Shown: positions 1 to 12,254, counted from the stretch's first letter. The stretch: 64,000 bases of DNA from Octopus sinensis (GCF_006345805.1 NC_043003.1:23560001-23624000); one strand, 5' to 3'. The notes: generated by a model from the sequence alone, not told the origin. Translations and numbers: made by a program.

Positions 1-705
1 AGAGAGGGAGGGGGACAGAGAAAGAGAGATAGAGAGAGAGAGAGGCATAATAGACAGACGCTAACAGTTTGCTTAGCTGCTGTTATACGCAAAGTTCATA
101 AGATTAAGAATACTTTCTTCAAGATGTTTGCTTTAAACACGCGTTCCTCTCTTCAGTAATTCCTCTATGAATTGATATATTAATTTCGTAATTTACTTTG
201 AGAACCAGTTACATAATCACTTGGATTAGACAAGTTATTTAATCTCATACTAGATAGCAACTTATTGGAATTTTTATATGTTCACGTCTATCTCTCTAAC
301 AGTCATGTGCAAAACGAATTAATATACAAGTCATGTTGAACATATATTTGATCGACAGATCAGCTATAAAGACAGAGTGAGAACACTATGCGTGAGAAAA
401 TTTTGGAAAACTTCAATGCAGCATAAAAGTTTGTGAATTATGTATGAATATCAGGTTATGAGAAGATATCGAAAAATATTTCTAGTAAATATTAATGCGT
501 TCCGTTCTCTGACTGAAGAGGATTTACGTCAGCAGCTCACATGAGTTTGAAGTTTCAAACAATAACTAAATATGTACACGTAAAAAAGTTTTCAAATACT
601 AACAGGAAATACAAAACCTCCAACCATCCAACCACCCAATCGGCCAACTACCCAAACAATTTGATAGACGCGTATTGGCATATGTTACTTATTGTGTTCG
701 TGTGA

Positions 706-784
<79 letters not shown>

Positions 785-786
<2 letters not shown>

Positions 787-938
787 GAGGCGCAATGGCC
801 CAGTGGTTAGGGCAGCGGACTCGCGGTCGTAGGATCGCAGTTTCGATTCCCAGACCGGGCGTTGTGAGTGTTTATTGAGCGAAAAACACCTAAAAGCTCC
901 ACGAAGCCCCGGCAGGGGGTGGTGATCCCTGCTGTACT
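785..938 (+). mobile_element. tRNA-derived SINE, head type A, 3'-truncated
   Basis: A-box-like TGGCCCAGTGG and B-box-like GTTTCGATTCC; the same head occurs at 4953(-), 11094 and 35713. Confidence 0.85.
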
Positions 939-1073
939 ATATGAGATGTATTGGTATCCAGAAAACTCAAGATGGTAAGTAAGACAACGTGACTGCTACG
1001 GGAGGACCGTAGTTAGACTCTCAGTTCTATAATAATACGAATGAGGCGTGCACTGCGGGTCTTGTGTGAGCAT

Positions 1074-1596
1074 GTTTGTGTTAAATAAAATGAGACAACA
1101 AAAAAGCCTGTGCGGAATTTATAAGGCATTTGTAAAGAGAAAGGTAGTCTTACAGCTATTTCTGGGAGTTAGCAACAAGGAACTCGCAGAATCCAATATA
1201 AGGAGTTATTTTGGAAAATGATGGATATAGAGAGAATAAAGGGAAATAAGAGAATATAAAAAAATATATAAAATATATGTAGGATGTTACAGAAATATTT
1301 CTACCCATTCTACAAAGCAATTTCTTTGAATAATGGTACTGCAACTGTAACAACCTACATATATGTTTATTTTTATTCTCTTATTTCCCTTTATACTTCC
1401 TATATCCATCGTTTTTTAAAGGAACTCCTTATATCGAACTCTACTATTTCCCTCTAGTTAGCAATCTCACATCGACTCTGACGAAGGAATATCCCTGATA
1501 TCCCAGAAACAGCTGTAAGACTACCTTTCTCATTATAGATATCCTATAAATTTCACACAGTCTTGGATTTGTTGTCTCATTTCATTTAACACAGAC
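1074..1596. mobile_element. Fold-back element: imperfect inverted arms ~1074-1292 and ~1345-1596; the right arm carries a hammerhead motif
   Basis: GAGAAAGGTAGTCTTACAGCTATTTCTGGGA (~1138-1168) is the near reverse complement of TCCCAGAAACAGCTGTAAGACTACCTTTCTC (1501-1531). The outer and inner arm segments also match. Confidence 0.8.
1472..1522 (+). ncRNA. Minimal type I hammerhead ribozyme motif, slightly degenerate
   Basis: CTGACGA at 1478-1484; stem II GGaATATC-cct-GATATcCC; GAAA at 1506-1509; stem III C-AGCT-G with palindromic loop; GUA triplet at 1515-1517. Stem I is only 2-3 bp. Confidence 0.6.
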
Positions 1597-2340
1597 GCAC
1601 ACATACTCACACACATATTAATATAAGCAGCTAGGCGCAGTATAAGACAATAAAGGAAAACTTTAACCGTCACTGACTGTGACCGAGGTTGCAGGAGCGC
1701 ACTTATATTGCAGGAAACACGTGGGTTATTTATTCATAAATTCATTCCAGTTGCTTTAACATGTTGTTACATAGTTTTTTTCTATTTTTCTTTATCCCTT
1801 TTACGGTTGTCCAAATTATAATCTCATACCTATTTTTCTTCTATTTTTTCTCGTACTCTTTTCTCAGTTAGTTTCATCTTTTTACAATCCTTTTTTCTCT
1901 TTCTCTCATTATTCTGTTTCTTCTCTTTCTCTCTCTCTCTCTTTTCATTCTGCCTCTCTCTCTCTCTTCCTCGTTTATTTATCTGCCAATTGCTTTCTTT
2001 CTATTTCCTTCTCAAAATACTTATAAAATATGTCGCCATTTGCCCAACTCTTGGCATTAGTTCCCTGTAACTTAAAGCAATAAAATGTTCCTTGGTGATC
2101 CGACCTGGTTAAGTGTCCAAATGCATTTTGAACACCCAGCGCAGTTTTCCAAACAAGTACAATGGGAAACGTACGTAAGAGCTGATAATATACTTTGTGT
2201 TTATTATGATTTCGTACATATATGAGCGCGGACACACATGCACATATACACAAAAGCGCGCATACACATGCACATATACACACAAGCGGGCACACACATA
2301 CGCTAACACAGACACCCCCCCCACACACATATATATATAT

Positions 2341-2527
2341 GTAATACAAAATGTGACAATTATTCGGTTGCCATGATAAAACTCCGAGTTTCGGATGTCG
2401 AGTGCGAAAACCTGCATATTGTAATTGCCTCGATAACTAAAGTGATGCCTGTGTAGGTTTCCGCCCTGACATCCGAAACTCGGAGTCTTATCATGGCAAC
2501 CGAATAATTGTCACATATTATACTTAC
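2341..2527. mobile_element. Short fold-back element, arms ~2341-2417 and ~2450-2527; each arm holds the 3' half of a hammerhead
   Basis: ATGTGACAATTATTCGGTTGCCATGATAAAACTCCGAGTTTCGGATGTC versus GACATCCGAAACTCGGAGTCTTATCATGGCAACCGAATAATTGTCACAT. A relative with the complete core is at 29801-29883. Confidence 0.85.
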
Positions 2528-2582
2528 TAATAAATACCTCTATCGAGGTCTGTTTCATTCTTTTCTTGTCTTACCTTTACTA

Positions 2583-2624
<42 letters not shown>

Positions 2625-3255
2625 AAGAGAGAGAGAGAAATAGATAGATAGCTATATGCATACATGCATACATACATGCAATTATGTACCTTTTGCCTGA
2701 CGAAACGAACACGTATTAATATTCCAGTCTATGAATTTTGCAAATCATATTTTTAATATCCTATGGATGACGAATACAACAAATAAAATACGACCTTTGT
2801 GGAAACGTACGTAGCACTAAAGGATTTGTGAATTTCCATCCAAAAGTTCTTATTATTACTAGATTCATACATATACACCTATGCATTCATATGCAATTTT
2901 ATGTCAGAGAGTATGAATATGTTACTATGCGCGTATTTTTCGTGTTGATATTTGAATTCGCACACATATAAACTTTACAAAATAAAATATTGACAGATGA
3001 TTATTGGAGATGTCGCTGTTTAATATAAAAATGAAATAAATATCATATTTACAATAAAATCGCATGAATACAAAGTAATTGTGTTTGTAACAGCAATTTT
3101 CAACATTTGTAAGTTCGGTATTTGCTGACAGTTAATATAATAGTGCAGACGAATAGAAACTGTGACAAAATTGTTGTTTTAAAAGTTTATACTTGGAACA
3201 ATAAAATAGAAGTACGATCGATTATCTTGGTTTATATTTGTTTCCAACAAAGTTA

Positions 3256-3486
3256 TACTCTTTTATATGTTTCAGTTAACCTGACTACGTCCATGCAGGA
3301 GCACCGCCTTTAGTCGAGCAAATCGACCCCAGGACTTACTCTTTGTAAGTCTAGTACTTATTCTATCGGTCTCTTTTGCCGAACCGCTAAGTTACGGGGA
3401 CGTAAACACACCATTATCGGTTGTCAAGTGATGTTCGTGGGGGAGACAAACACAGACACACAAACACACACACACATACATACATA

Positions 3487-3529
<43 letters not shown>

Positions 3530-3722
3530 TATATTATATATATATATATATATATACAACGGGCTTCTTTCAGTTTCGTCTACCAAATCCACTCACAAGG
3601 CTTTGGTCGGCTCGAGGCTATAGTAGAAAACACTTGCCCAAGATTACACGCAGTGGGACTGAACCCGGAGACATGTGGTTGGTAAGCATGCTATTTACCA
3701 CACAGCCAATCCTGTGCCTATA
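3256..3722 (-). mobile_element. Composite SINE (C/D family): tRNA/CORE-like head, internal (TA/TG)n, conserved 3' body
   Basis: Head GGCTGTGTGGTAA...TCCGGGTTCAGTCCCACTGCG, CORE-like TTGGGCAAGTGTTTT, microsatellite ~3470-3557, then a 3' body also seen at 55825, 56245 and 57865. Confidence 0.85.
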
Positions 3723-3962
3723 AGTAATAAATAATACTTTTCAAGATATTAAATAATATTATAAATTTTCTAAGATACTCACCATATATGTAAAACGAAA
3801 AGCAATTGCAACACACTACACTAAGCCTCATAACACAAAGCTTGATGGGAACACATTAACAGAAAATGCTTACATACATTATAAAATTCCCTATAGTCCC
3901 CACAAACGGTAGGTTACGGATGCAATACTAATAACTATATTCTTTTACATTTCTACTTAATC

Positions 3963-4356
3963 TATCTATATCTATATAAAGCTGAAGTTGTCTGTGTGTG
4001 GCAGATTTGGTAGCCTTCAACTAACACTATTTCCACCAAGACCCTGCGGCGCAAGTTGACCAACATTGAGAGTATGATAGAAGAAGGCTTGCTCTTCCTT
4101 CCGTAGAAAATAAAATTCAAATCCGGCCATGTTAACACTAAACATTTTTAACATTAAAAAGGTGCTTTTTTTCTATGAAAATCCCTATTTTTTACGATTT
4201 TTTGACTGCCGTGTCGTCATTTTTCGGTGTATTTCAACCAGAGAAATGTTCACTTAAAGAGAATAACAAGCTACATAATGCAAAATTTTTACTTTTCAAA
4301 AATTTCAATTCTAAAGGGTCGAAACAAACCCGAGCAATACCGGGCGATACTGCTAG
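3963..4356 (+). mobile_element. Non-autonomous Helitron
   Basis: A|TC 5' end, subterminal hairpin CCCG-agcaatac-CGGG (4329-4344), and 3' CTAG (4353-4356) followed by T. Confidence 0.75.
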
Positions 4357-4574
4357 TACACAATAAGCAAAAGTTACAAATTCAAATACGATAACGTAGA
4401 GCGGGTAGGAGTTTCCACATAAATATAAGTCACCGAAAGGAAAAAGAACAGCACTAAAAACTAAAAAACACTCCACAAAATGTAGGTGATACTGAGAGAG
4501 GCTTGGAAAATGTAATAAAGAGGAATCTAGGAAATGCATTGCTCCAGACAATCTATAAATGTCTGATACTTAGA

Positions 4575-4953
4575 AGCACTCCGTCGGTTACGACGACGAG
4601 GGTTCCGGTTGATCCGAATCAACGGAACAGCCTGCTCGTGAAATTAACGTGTAAGTGGCTGAGCACTCCACAGACACGTGTACTCTTAACGTAGTTCTCA
4701 GGGATATTCAGCGTGACACAGAGAGTGAAAGGCCGGCCCTTTGAAATACAGGTACAACAGAAACAGGAAGTAAGAGTGAGAGAAAGTTGTGGTGAAAGAG
4801 TACAGCAGGGATCACCATCATCCCCTGCCGGAGTCTTGTGGAGCTTTAGGTGTTTTCGCTCAATAAACACTCACAACGCCTGGTCTGGGAATCGAAACTG
4901 CGATCCTATGACCGCGAGTCCGCTGCCCTAACCACTGGGCCATTGCGCCTCCA
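4575..4953 (-). mobile_element. Full-length tRNA-derived SINE, head A + tail X
   Basis: Head nearly identical to 785-938; tail ...GTCGTCGTAACCGACGGAGTGC shared with the 30277 and 60157 copies. Confidence 0.85.
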
Positions 4954-5365
4954 CTAATATCTGATACACTGATACGAAACAACAGAGGGTCTCTGTATGT
5001 CTGTCTGTATATGTGTATTTATGTATCTATGTATGTATAACTAAGACAATACGTATACGAGTATATGAGTACTCATGTATATTCTCCCGTTTAATTCTCA
5101 TTTTTAAATACGACATAAAATCTGTTGCTAGTCGTAATATACTTTATGAAGACTCTGCGCTTTTGAAAATAATTTTCCATAAAATTCTTATAAATATCAC
5201 TGTCTTTACATGCATTTTTTCAGTTAAATGTTAGTCTCTTGTGTCTATAAAATCCAGATGTATAAAGGCAAAAATGTATACACATTGGCAACGATTTAAT
5301 CGGCTAATAAAGTCATGAGATGCAAATATATAGTCATTATAGAATACAAGCTAAAGATGTTCTTG

Positions 5366-5366
<1 letters not shown>

Positions 5367-5442
<76 letters not shown>
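5367..5442. repeat. (TATC)n microsatellite; similar GATA/TATC arrays near 13995, 27310, 33540, 45670, 48700, 53455, 53750 and 54670
   Basis: Direct inspection. Confidence 0.95.
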
Positions 5443-5444
<2 letters not shown>

Positions 5445-5594
5445 GATTAGTCTATTTATCTGTCTGTCTGCCATTCCATTCATCTATAGATAAATTTGAT
5501 ATATCTACTTTAGACTAGATAAAGACATACATACACACACACACATATATATATATATGTATGTATATTTATGTGTGTGCATGAGTGTATGAGT

Positions 5595-5637
<43 letters not shown>

Positions 5638-6910
5638 GAATACAGAATGCTGCATTATTTGCCGTCGAAGAATTTCTGATAAAAACTCGCAGTTCTTAAA
5701 GTGTAAGTAATCATATCGCGACAGACGAGAATCGTCTCCTACTGGCGCCTTTAACGGGAGATTCGGATGTTATCGCGCTGCTGGATATCAATCACAAACG
5801 AACCTATACCAAGGCGAAATCATTTATCTAGAAGTTCCGGCGGCCGCAGCAGACAATTCTCGTCTGTCAACAATGTAATTGCGAGTGCTTTTAAACACCC
5901 AAATTCTAACGAAAGATTATCTCAAGGCAAATCACACAGTAGCCTCTGTTCCAACACAAACTCCACGTTAAGATAGAGATCAAAATTGCCTTTCAAAATT
6001 AATACTGCTTCTATCGCAATTAATCATTTGTTAATAAACTCAATGGATATTTGCCTTACTTGGACCTAAACAGACACTGAGATCATATGGCTGAAAGGAG
6101 AATCGGCTGTTATCATGCAGTTGGACAGTTGTCATAAAACCCTTTCTCCGGATGAACTCACCTGATCTGGCAGTGCCGGCGGCCGTAGTAAAAGATTCTG
6201 GTCTGTACACAATATAATTACGAGTGCTCTTCAGAACAACGAGTTCTTATGAGAGACCCTCTCAAGTTAAATTACGTAGTATTCTGTGCTCCAACACCAA
6301 CTCCAATTTAAGATTTGCTGAAAGCTTTTGCTATTAATTAAGTTTTCAATAAGCGCGGTGACTATTTGCAACACTGTATATACCACCCACATTCTCCTCT
6401 GTTTACTGCTGACATGTGACCCACGACCAGCCTTACTTTCTCCCCCTATTTTGCGCTGGTCGCGTAGTAGACCTGTCCTGAATTCTCTAGAACCCACTGG
6501 TATCCCTCTTGCTATTTGTTGCCTTTTCTAATCCTTTGGGATTCCCCACCATTCGTTTTCTTTTGGTCGTAAGGCTGTATTCTGTGCGTTTCTTATTTAT
6601 TCCGGCTTTGTCATTCGTTCATTTGTCTTGAGTTATATTTATTCACCTTCGTATGTCTACTTCTGTATCGCCTGTTGTCTATGTCTTGTTTGTCCTCGGA
6701 CCAATCCTCTCCGCAATTTCGCGGGCACCGCCACCATGGTTAGCATCTCAGTCTTATCATTAGTGGTGCGAAACTGAGTAACACCATCTGGTGGATGACT
6801 GATGAAGAATTAAGGACCTTCTGTGTCTCGTTTTCGTCCGCTTGTGCACTCAGTATACGTTGCACTGTTCATCTTTGCATTCATTAGACGTCTTTTACTT
6901 TTCGTTTGTG

Positions 6911-6943
<33 letters not shown>

Positions 6944-7339
6944 CTAGCAGTATCGCCCGGCGTTGCTCGGGTTTGTAAGGGAAATAACTATATAAGCATT
7001 TTTAGAGATGTAAAGTATAATAGCCATCTCAATATGGCTAACCACAAAGGGGGGGTGTTACTGTAGCTTTTTACGTTCTAAGATTTAATAATAAATTTTT
7101 AGAGAGGTACTTCCCTTATATATGCCAAAAATGCCTTATAAATGGGAAAAATTGATGGTAAATTTTTTTTTAAATCGTATACTCATTGTAGACGCGCGCT
7201 AATACCCAGAAGGGCTCGATATGAATCACGACTATAAGATACCCGGTTTTGGTTAAACTGCACCGCAAAATGTGGGAGTAGTTAGGAATCTAAATCGTAG
7301 GAGACAGACAGCACACAACCTCTCTTTTATATATAAAGA
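6944..7339 (-). mobile_element. Non-autonomous Helitron, second family
   Basis: On the minus strand: A|TCTTTATATATAAAAGAG 5' end and ...CCCGAGCAACGCCGGGCGATACTGCTAG|T 3' end. The 3' end is shared with 3963-4356 but the body differs. Confidence 0.75.
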
Positions 7340-7566
7340 TATATATATTATATATATATATATATATATAAATATGTGTGTGTGTGTGCGTATGTGTGTG
7401 TATATATGTATATATATATGTGTGTATATATGTATATATATTTATGTATATATACATATATATTTATGTATGTATATATACATATGTATGCATACATATA
7501 TAAGTGTGTGTGTATATATATGTGTGTTTGTGCATAGATATACATATATATATATAATAAATAAAT

Positions 7567-7785
7567 GTTCCTTCTCGGCCCGGTTTCAGTGGCATAGAAA
7601 TTCCCCACCTGGACGGGACGTCGGTCCGTCGCAGGATTACTCATTTTAACCAGCTGAGTGGACTGGAGCAACATGAAATGAAGTGTCTTGCTCAAGAACA
7701 CAACGCATCGCCGGGTCCAGGAATCGAAACCACAAACTTACGATCATGAGTTCAACACCCTAACCACTAAGCCACGGGCCTCCAC
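7567..7785 (-). mobile_element. CORE-like tRNA SINE with tail Y
   Basis: A/B boxes, TTGAGCAAGACACTT CORE-like block, then CTGCGACGGACCGACGTCCCGTCCAGGTGGGGAA, also seen at 35713-36020. Confidence 0.8.
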
Positions 7786-7810
7786 GCATATATATACATA
7801 CACACACACG

Positions 7811-7846
<36 letters not shown>

Positions 7847-8139
7847 CATACAAATTTATCTTTTACTGTGCAGGATGTGTCGAAACGATTGTAGTGAGCA
7901 ATAAAGCTTTCTATGTATATAAAGTTTCCCGTGTACCCCATTCTCTGTCCCTATCATTTGCTTTATACACAACGTACACTGAGGATTTGGTGATGTAGAT
8001 CGATCCAGCGACAATAGTGTAATTACCATGGATGACATCAGGCATCCATAGACATAGAAGGGGTTTATAGCTGTATTAATAGGAACATTAATGGGAAGTT
8101 TCCATGCGGTGTTGAGCTCTCATTCTCACTGTTCGATAT

Positions 8140-8170
<31 letters not shown>

Positions 8171-8922
8171 GAGACAGAGAGAGAGAGGAGAGAGAGAGAG
8201 AAAAGAGAGTGAGAAAAATGCGAACGAATTATATGTAGAAGCGGGTCTAGCTAAACACACTGAAATGCTCCCACTGTGTCACAGACACAGACAGCCGTTT
8301 GTAGAAATTTATATACACACATACGTATTTACTCAAATATAGATGTCACTGCGAATGGTCAGACGTATATTTTTAGTCGGACATTTTTATCAGCAGTCAA
8401 TACGCTTTTCCACTGATCACATATATACATGCTATAGTTTCAATTTCTTGTGATTACACGCTTAGAAATAAGAATGTACATTAAATGTCAGTCATATACA
8501 CACATACGTACGTACATAAATACGAAAAGGTATTGAAGAGTTCCTGAAATAGATGTAGATGAGTTAATTATGATTTTATTCAACATATTAGGCTCTCAAA
8601 TTCACACACTAATTGCAGTGGTCGTTCAGCTTTTCTAAGCCCTGTAAAAGAACTTGGAAAGTTGTGCGTCCAGCCAGGCCTTCCACGCTAACCTTAAAAT
8701 TAAGAACTCTTCAGCGCCCCCACGTATATGCGTATATAGAGGCTTATGTTTGTACAACTGAAGGCACCCGTTGTGTCTATAATATAAACAGGTATTCCTG
8801 CGTCTTTTCCTCTTTTCCGTGTAAAAAATAATTATCTTATACACGCACACAAACACACATACGCATAGACATGCACGTATATGTATATATACAGAGATGT
8901 ATGTATGTATATATAAATGTAT

Positions 8923-8987
<65 letters not shown>

Positions 8988-8988
8988 C

Positions 8989-9200
8989 TATGTAGTCCCA
9001 AGGTTTAAAAACAACTTTTTTATTTATTTATTTATTTATTTTTTTAATGTATTAGACATTCACTAGTACAACACCAAAAAAAAAGAAGAAACACCCCCCC
9101 CCCAATATATGGCACAGAACTTCCAACCTGTTGTCTCTTGAGGTCTCTGGGTGAGACTTGGAGCCAACTTGTACGACATAAAGCAAAAGTCAAACATAGA
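8989..9200 (+). mobile_element. Extreme 3' end (stop codon and 3' UTR) of a Dong-like element
   Basis: Begins CTATGTAG, matching the ...SM* ORF end of the other copies. Contains a CTTGAGG-TCTC-TGGG-TGAGAC-TTGG stem-loop resembling the other 3' UTRs. Flanked by TAA. Confidence 0.5.
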
Positions 9201-9291
9201 ATATAATAATAATATAATAATAATAATAAATAATAAGAAGAAGAAGAAGAAGAAGAAGAAGAAAAGAAAGAGAAGAAAAAGAAGAAGAAGA

Positions 9292-9357
<66 letters not shown>

Positions 9358-9370
9358 CACTAACAATAAT

Positions 9371-9904
9371 ATGCCCTGATGCAGTACCACACAGTGGCTC
9401 TCATGGCTTCTGGTCTTAACTGATTGGAAGTGTTATCATGTACATTGTTTTGTCTTGGTATAAAAGATGGGCTACAACAAAATATTCAATACAACAGATT
9501 TGCTTGGAAGTTGTTTGACCTTAACCAGTTGAACATGTCCCTTAGTGGCTGATGATATGTGTATATCTGACAACGAGCAGAAGTTGTTTGTGGCGGGGGG
9601 CATCATAGCCGTGTGTTGAAAGGAATACTTGGGGGTTTGGATAATTCGTTCAACATCCTTAAACAATCCTTATTCAGGGACCTTTTTGAGCAGGATGGGC
9701 TACATGACCAGAAGAAAATTCTAAGTGGGCCCCACCTGCAAGGTCATGCACTGTTTGTCTTGATATGAGATCACCATGTCGCGCACATATGGTTGTGATG
9801 CATGTGTCTGGTGTACCCTTATCAGACGGGTAGTCATGATGGGTATACTGGGCTTCGTATATTTTACCCCAGTGTCACTTTCATGGCATGCACTGCTCTC
9901 TCAC
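9371..9904 (+). mobile_element. TAA-embedded non-coding element, copy 1 (internal ~23-bp deletion)
   Basis: ATGCCCTGATGCAGTACC...GCATGCACTGCTCTCTCAC; highly similar to 25845-26400 and 61731-62287. Confidence 0.9.
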
Positions 9905-9949
<45 letters not shown>

Positions 9950-9965
9950 TGATAATAATAATAAT

Positions 9966-10030
<65 letters not shown>

Positions 10031-10031
<1 letters not shown>

Positions 10032-10180
10032 GCACTACTAGGAACTGCACGCATCCTACGTAGAACACTTTCCATACAGTAACCATCAGAGCATCACAAC
10101 AAATCACAGCACATACCTAAGGCACACAAAGCTGCGCTCGGTAGTGAAGTTAAAGCACGCTATAAAAATCAAACTACTGA
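10031..10180 (+). mobile_element. 5'-truncated Dong/R4-like 3' end
   Basis: Translates as ALLGTARILRRTLSIQ*, homologous to the ORF C-termini IVLTGTSHVLRRALSM* and IVLTSTAHILRKTLSM*. Followed by a short 3' UTR and (TAA)n. Confidence 0.8.
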
Positions 10181-10343
10181 ATAATAATAATAATAATAAT
10201 ATAATAATAATAATAATAATAATAGTAATAGTAATAATAATAATAATCATAATAATATAATTATAATAATAATAATAATATATAATAATAATAATAATAA
10301 TAATACTATAGTAATAGTAAAATAATAATAATAATAATCTACA

Positions 10344-10380
<37 letters not shown>

Positions 10381-10451
10381 GTAATAGTAATAATAATAAT
10401 AATAATAATAATATAATAATAATAATAATAATAATAAAATAAAATAATATA

Positions 10452-10498
<47 letters not shown>

Positions 10499-10540
10499 TA
10501 TAATAATAATAATAATAGTAATAATATAATAATAATAGTA

Positions 10541-10609
<69 letters not shown>

Positions 10610-10641
10610 TAATAATAATAGTAATAGTAATAATAATAGTA

Positions 10642-10683
<42 letters not shown>

Positions 10684-11093
10684 TAATAATAATAATAATA
10701 ATAATCCAGTTGATGGATTTGGTATTAATCGTTATTTCGTACAACGGTTGTTTGGAGTCATTCAGCTACTGTCCGTTATGGGTTTGACTCCGTTCAATAT
10801 GTCATATTGCATCCATTTTGCGGTCTGAATCTCATCAGGTTCATCCATACATAAAGTTGTGTCTCGCTAAAGATCCTGAGTTTTGCCTGTTATGCTGTAA
10901 TAGTTCCGTCTGGTTATTATTAGTATCTCAACTAACACAGCAGAGTTACTGAATTAGATTTAAAGAAATTGTAATCCGACTACGGATGACACCAGATGGC
11001 CCAACTGCTGCCAGTGCTCTACCCAACACTTCAAAACAAACTAATCGACATATACCTATTAGTCTAAATATTAAACATAATAATATATATATA

Positions 11094-11310
11094 TGGAGGC
11101 GCAATGGCCTAGTTGTTAGGGCAGCGGACTTGCGGTCGGGGATCGCGGTTTCGATTCCCAGACCGGGCGTTGTGTGTGTTATTGAGCGAAAACACCTAAA
11201 AGCTCCACGAGGCTCCGGCAGGAGGTGGTGATCCCTGCCTGTACTCTTTCACCACTCTAAAAGGCGGTGCTCCAGCATGGCCGCATCAAATGACTGAAAC
11301 AAGTACAGAA
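11094..11310 (+). mobile_element. tRNA SINE head A joined to the C/D-family 3' tail
   Basis: Head as at 785; ends AAGGCGGTGCTCCAGCATGGCCGCATCAAATGACTGAAACAAGTA. Confidence 0.8.
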
Positions 11311-11386
11311 AAAAAAAAAAAATATATATATATATATATATGTGTGTGGTGTCTGTGTGTGGTTTATATTTTATATACATATGTAT

Positions 11387-11421
<35 letters not shown>

Positions 11422-12186
11422 TATATATTTATATATATATGTATGTTTATATATATATATATATACAGATTTATATATATGCATGTGTGTGTGTGTATAT
11501 GTATGTATTTATGGATATATACATATATCTGTTGTGTATCTGTGTATGAGTGCATTTGTGTATACACCCAATGACACACACATATAAATGTGCATATATA
11601 GGTGACTCTGTTAATACGGTTATTTCCTATTTTAACTAGCCTGGCAAACATTATTGTTTATATTATCTTTATTATTAGATTATAAAATTACTACATTTTC
11701 TTATTTGGTTTCTCTATCGTCTGCTTCTTCCAGCTCATCATCCATTGTCTTTTGTTATCTTCTTTTTCTTCGATATATTTGTAATCATTCTGTTAGGCTT
11801 TAGAACTATGTAATCATCTACGCCATTGCTGTATTCTTTTGTGGTCGCCATTTACGCTACCTCATCAAACGTTATATGTCTCTGTGTTTATAAGCCGTAT
11901 TAAAAATATCGTAACGCTATACAATTCCCCCCCCCCTCTTTCATTTACATTACCACTTGTTTTTGTCTGCAGATATTTTTCTTTATACAGACAATGTCTT
12001 TGCAGAGAAGACATATTATTTCTGCCTAACATCCATGAGTCTCCTTCCTCAATTCCATTCTTAGGATTTATTTTCGAAATTTAAAATTTTCCGTCTGATT
12101 ACATTTATTTTCATTTCTTGCAGAAAAACGTTCATACAGAAAAACGTTCACACACATTCATACATAGAAGCCCACAAGCATATACC

Positions 12187-12254
<68 letters not shown>

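Larger units (their letters stand above)
8927..10705 (+). repeat. Large compound (TAA)n array with three nested insertions
   Basis: TAA tracts at 8927-8988, 9201-9370, 9905-10030 and 10181-10705 are separated by non-repetitive inserts. Confidence 0.95.

Noticed and set aside
785-870. tRNA genes at SINE heads
   Set aside because: A/B boxes are present, but there is no complete cloverleaf and the sequence continues into SINE bodies.
1680-1745. CCGAGG-TTGCA...TGCAG-GAAAC-ACGT-GG hammerhead-like string
   Set aside because: A9 and the UH triplet are missing and there is no stem I; it is equally an E-box.
2160-2825. Two GAAA-CGTACG-TA half motifs (~2165 and ~2802)
   Set aside because: No convincing CUGANGA or stem I upstream.
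6750-6830. Possible type II hammerhead (GAAAC-TGA-GTA ... CTGATGA)
   Set aside because: Stems I and II do not pair next to the core.
10780-10845. Minus-strand CTGATGA ... GAAC-GGAGTC
   Set aside because: The core is incomplete and stem I does not pair.
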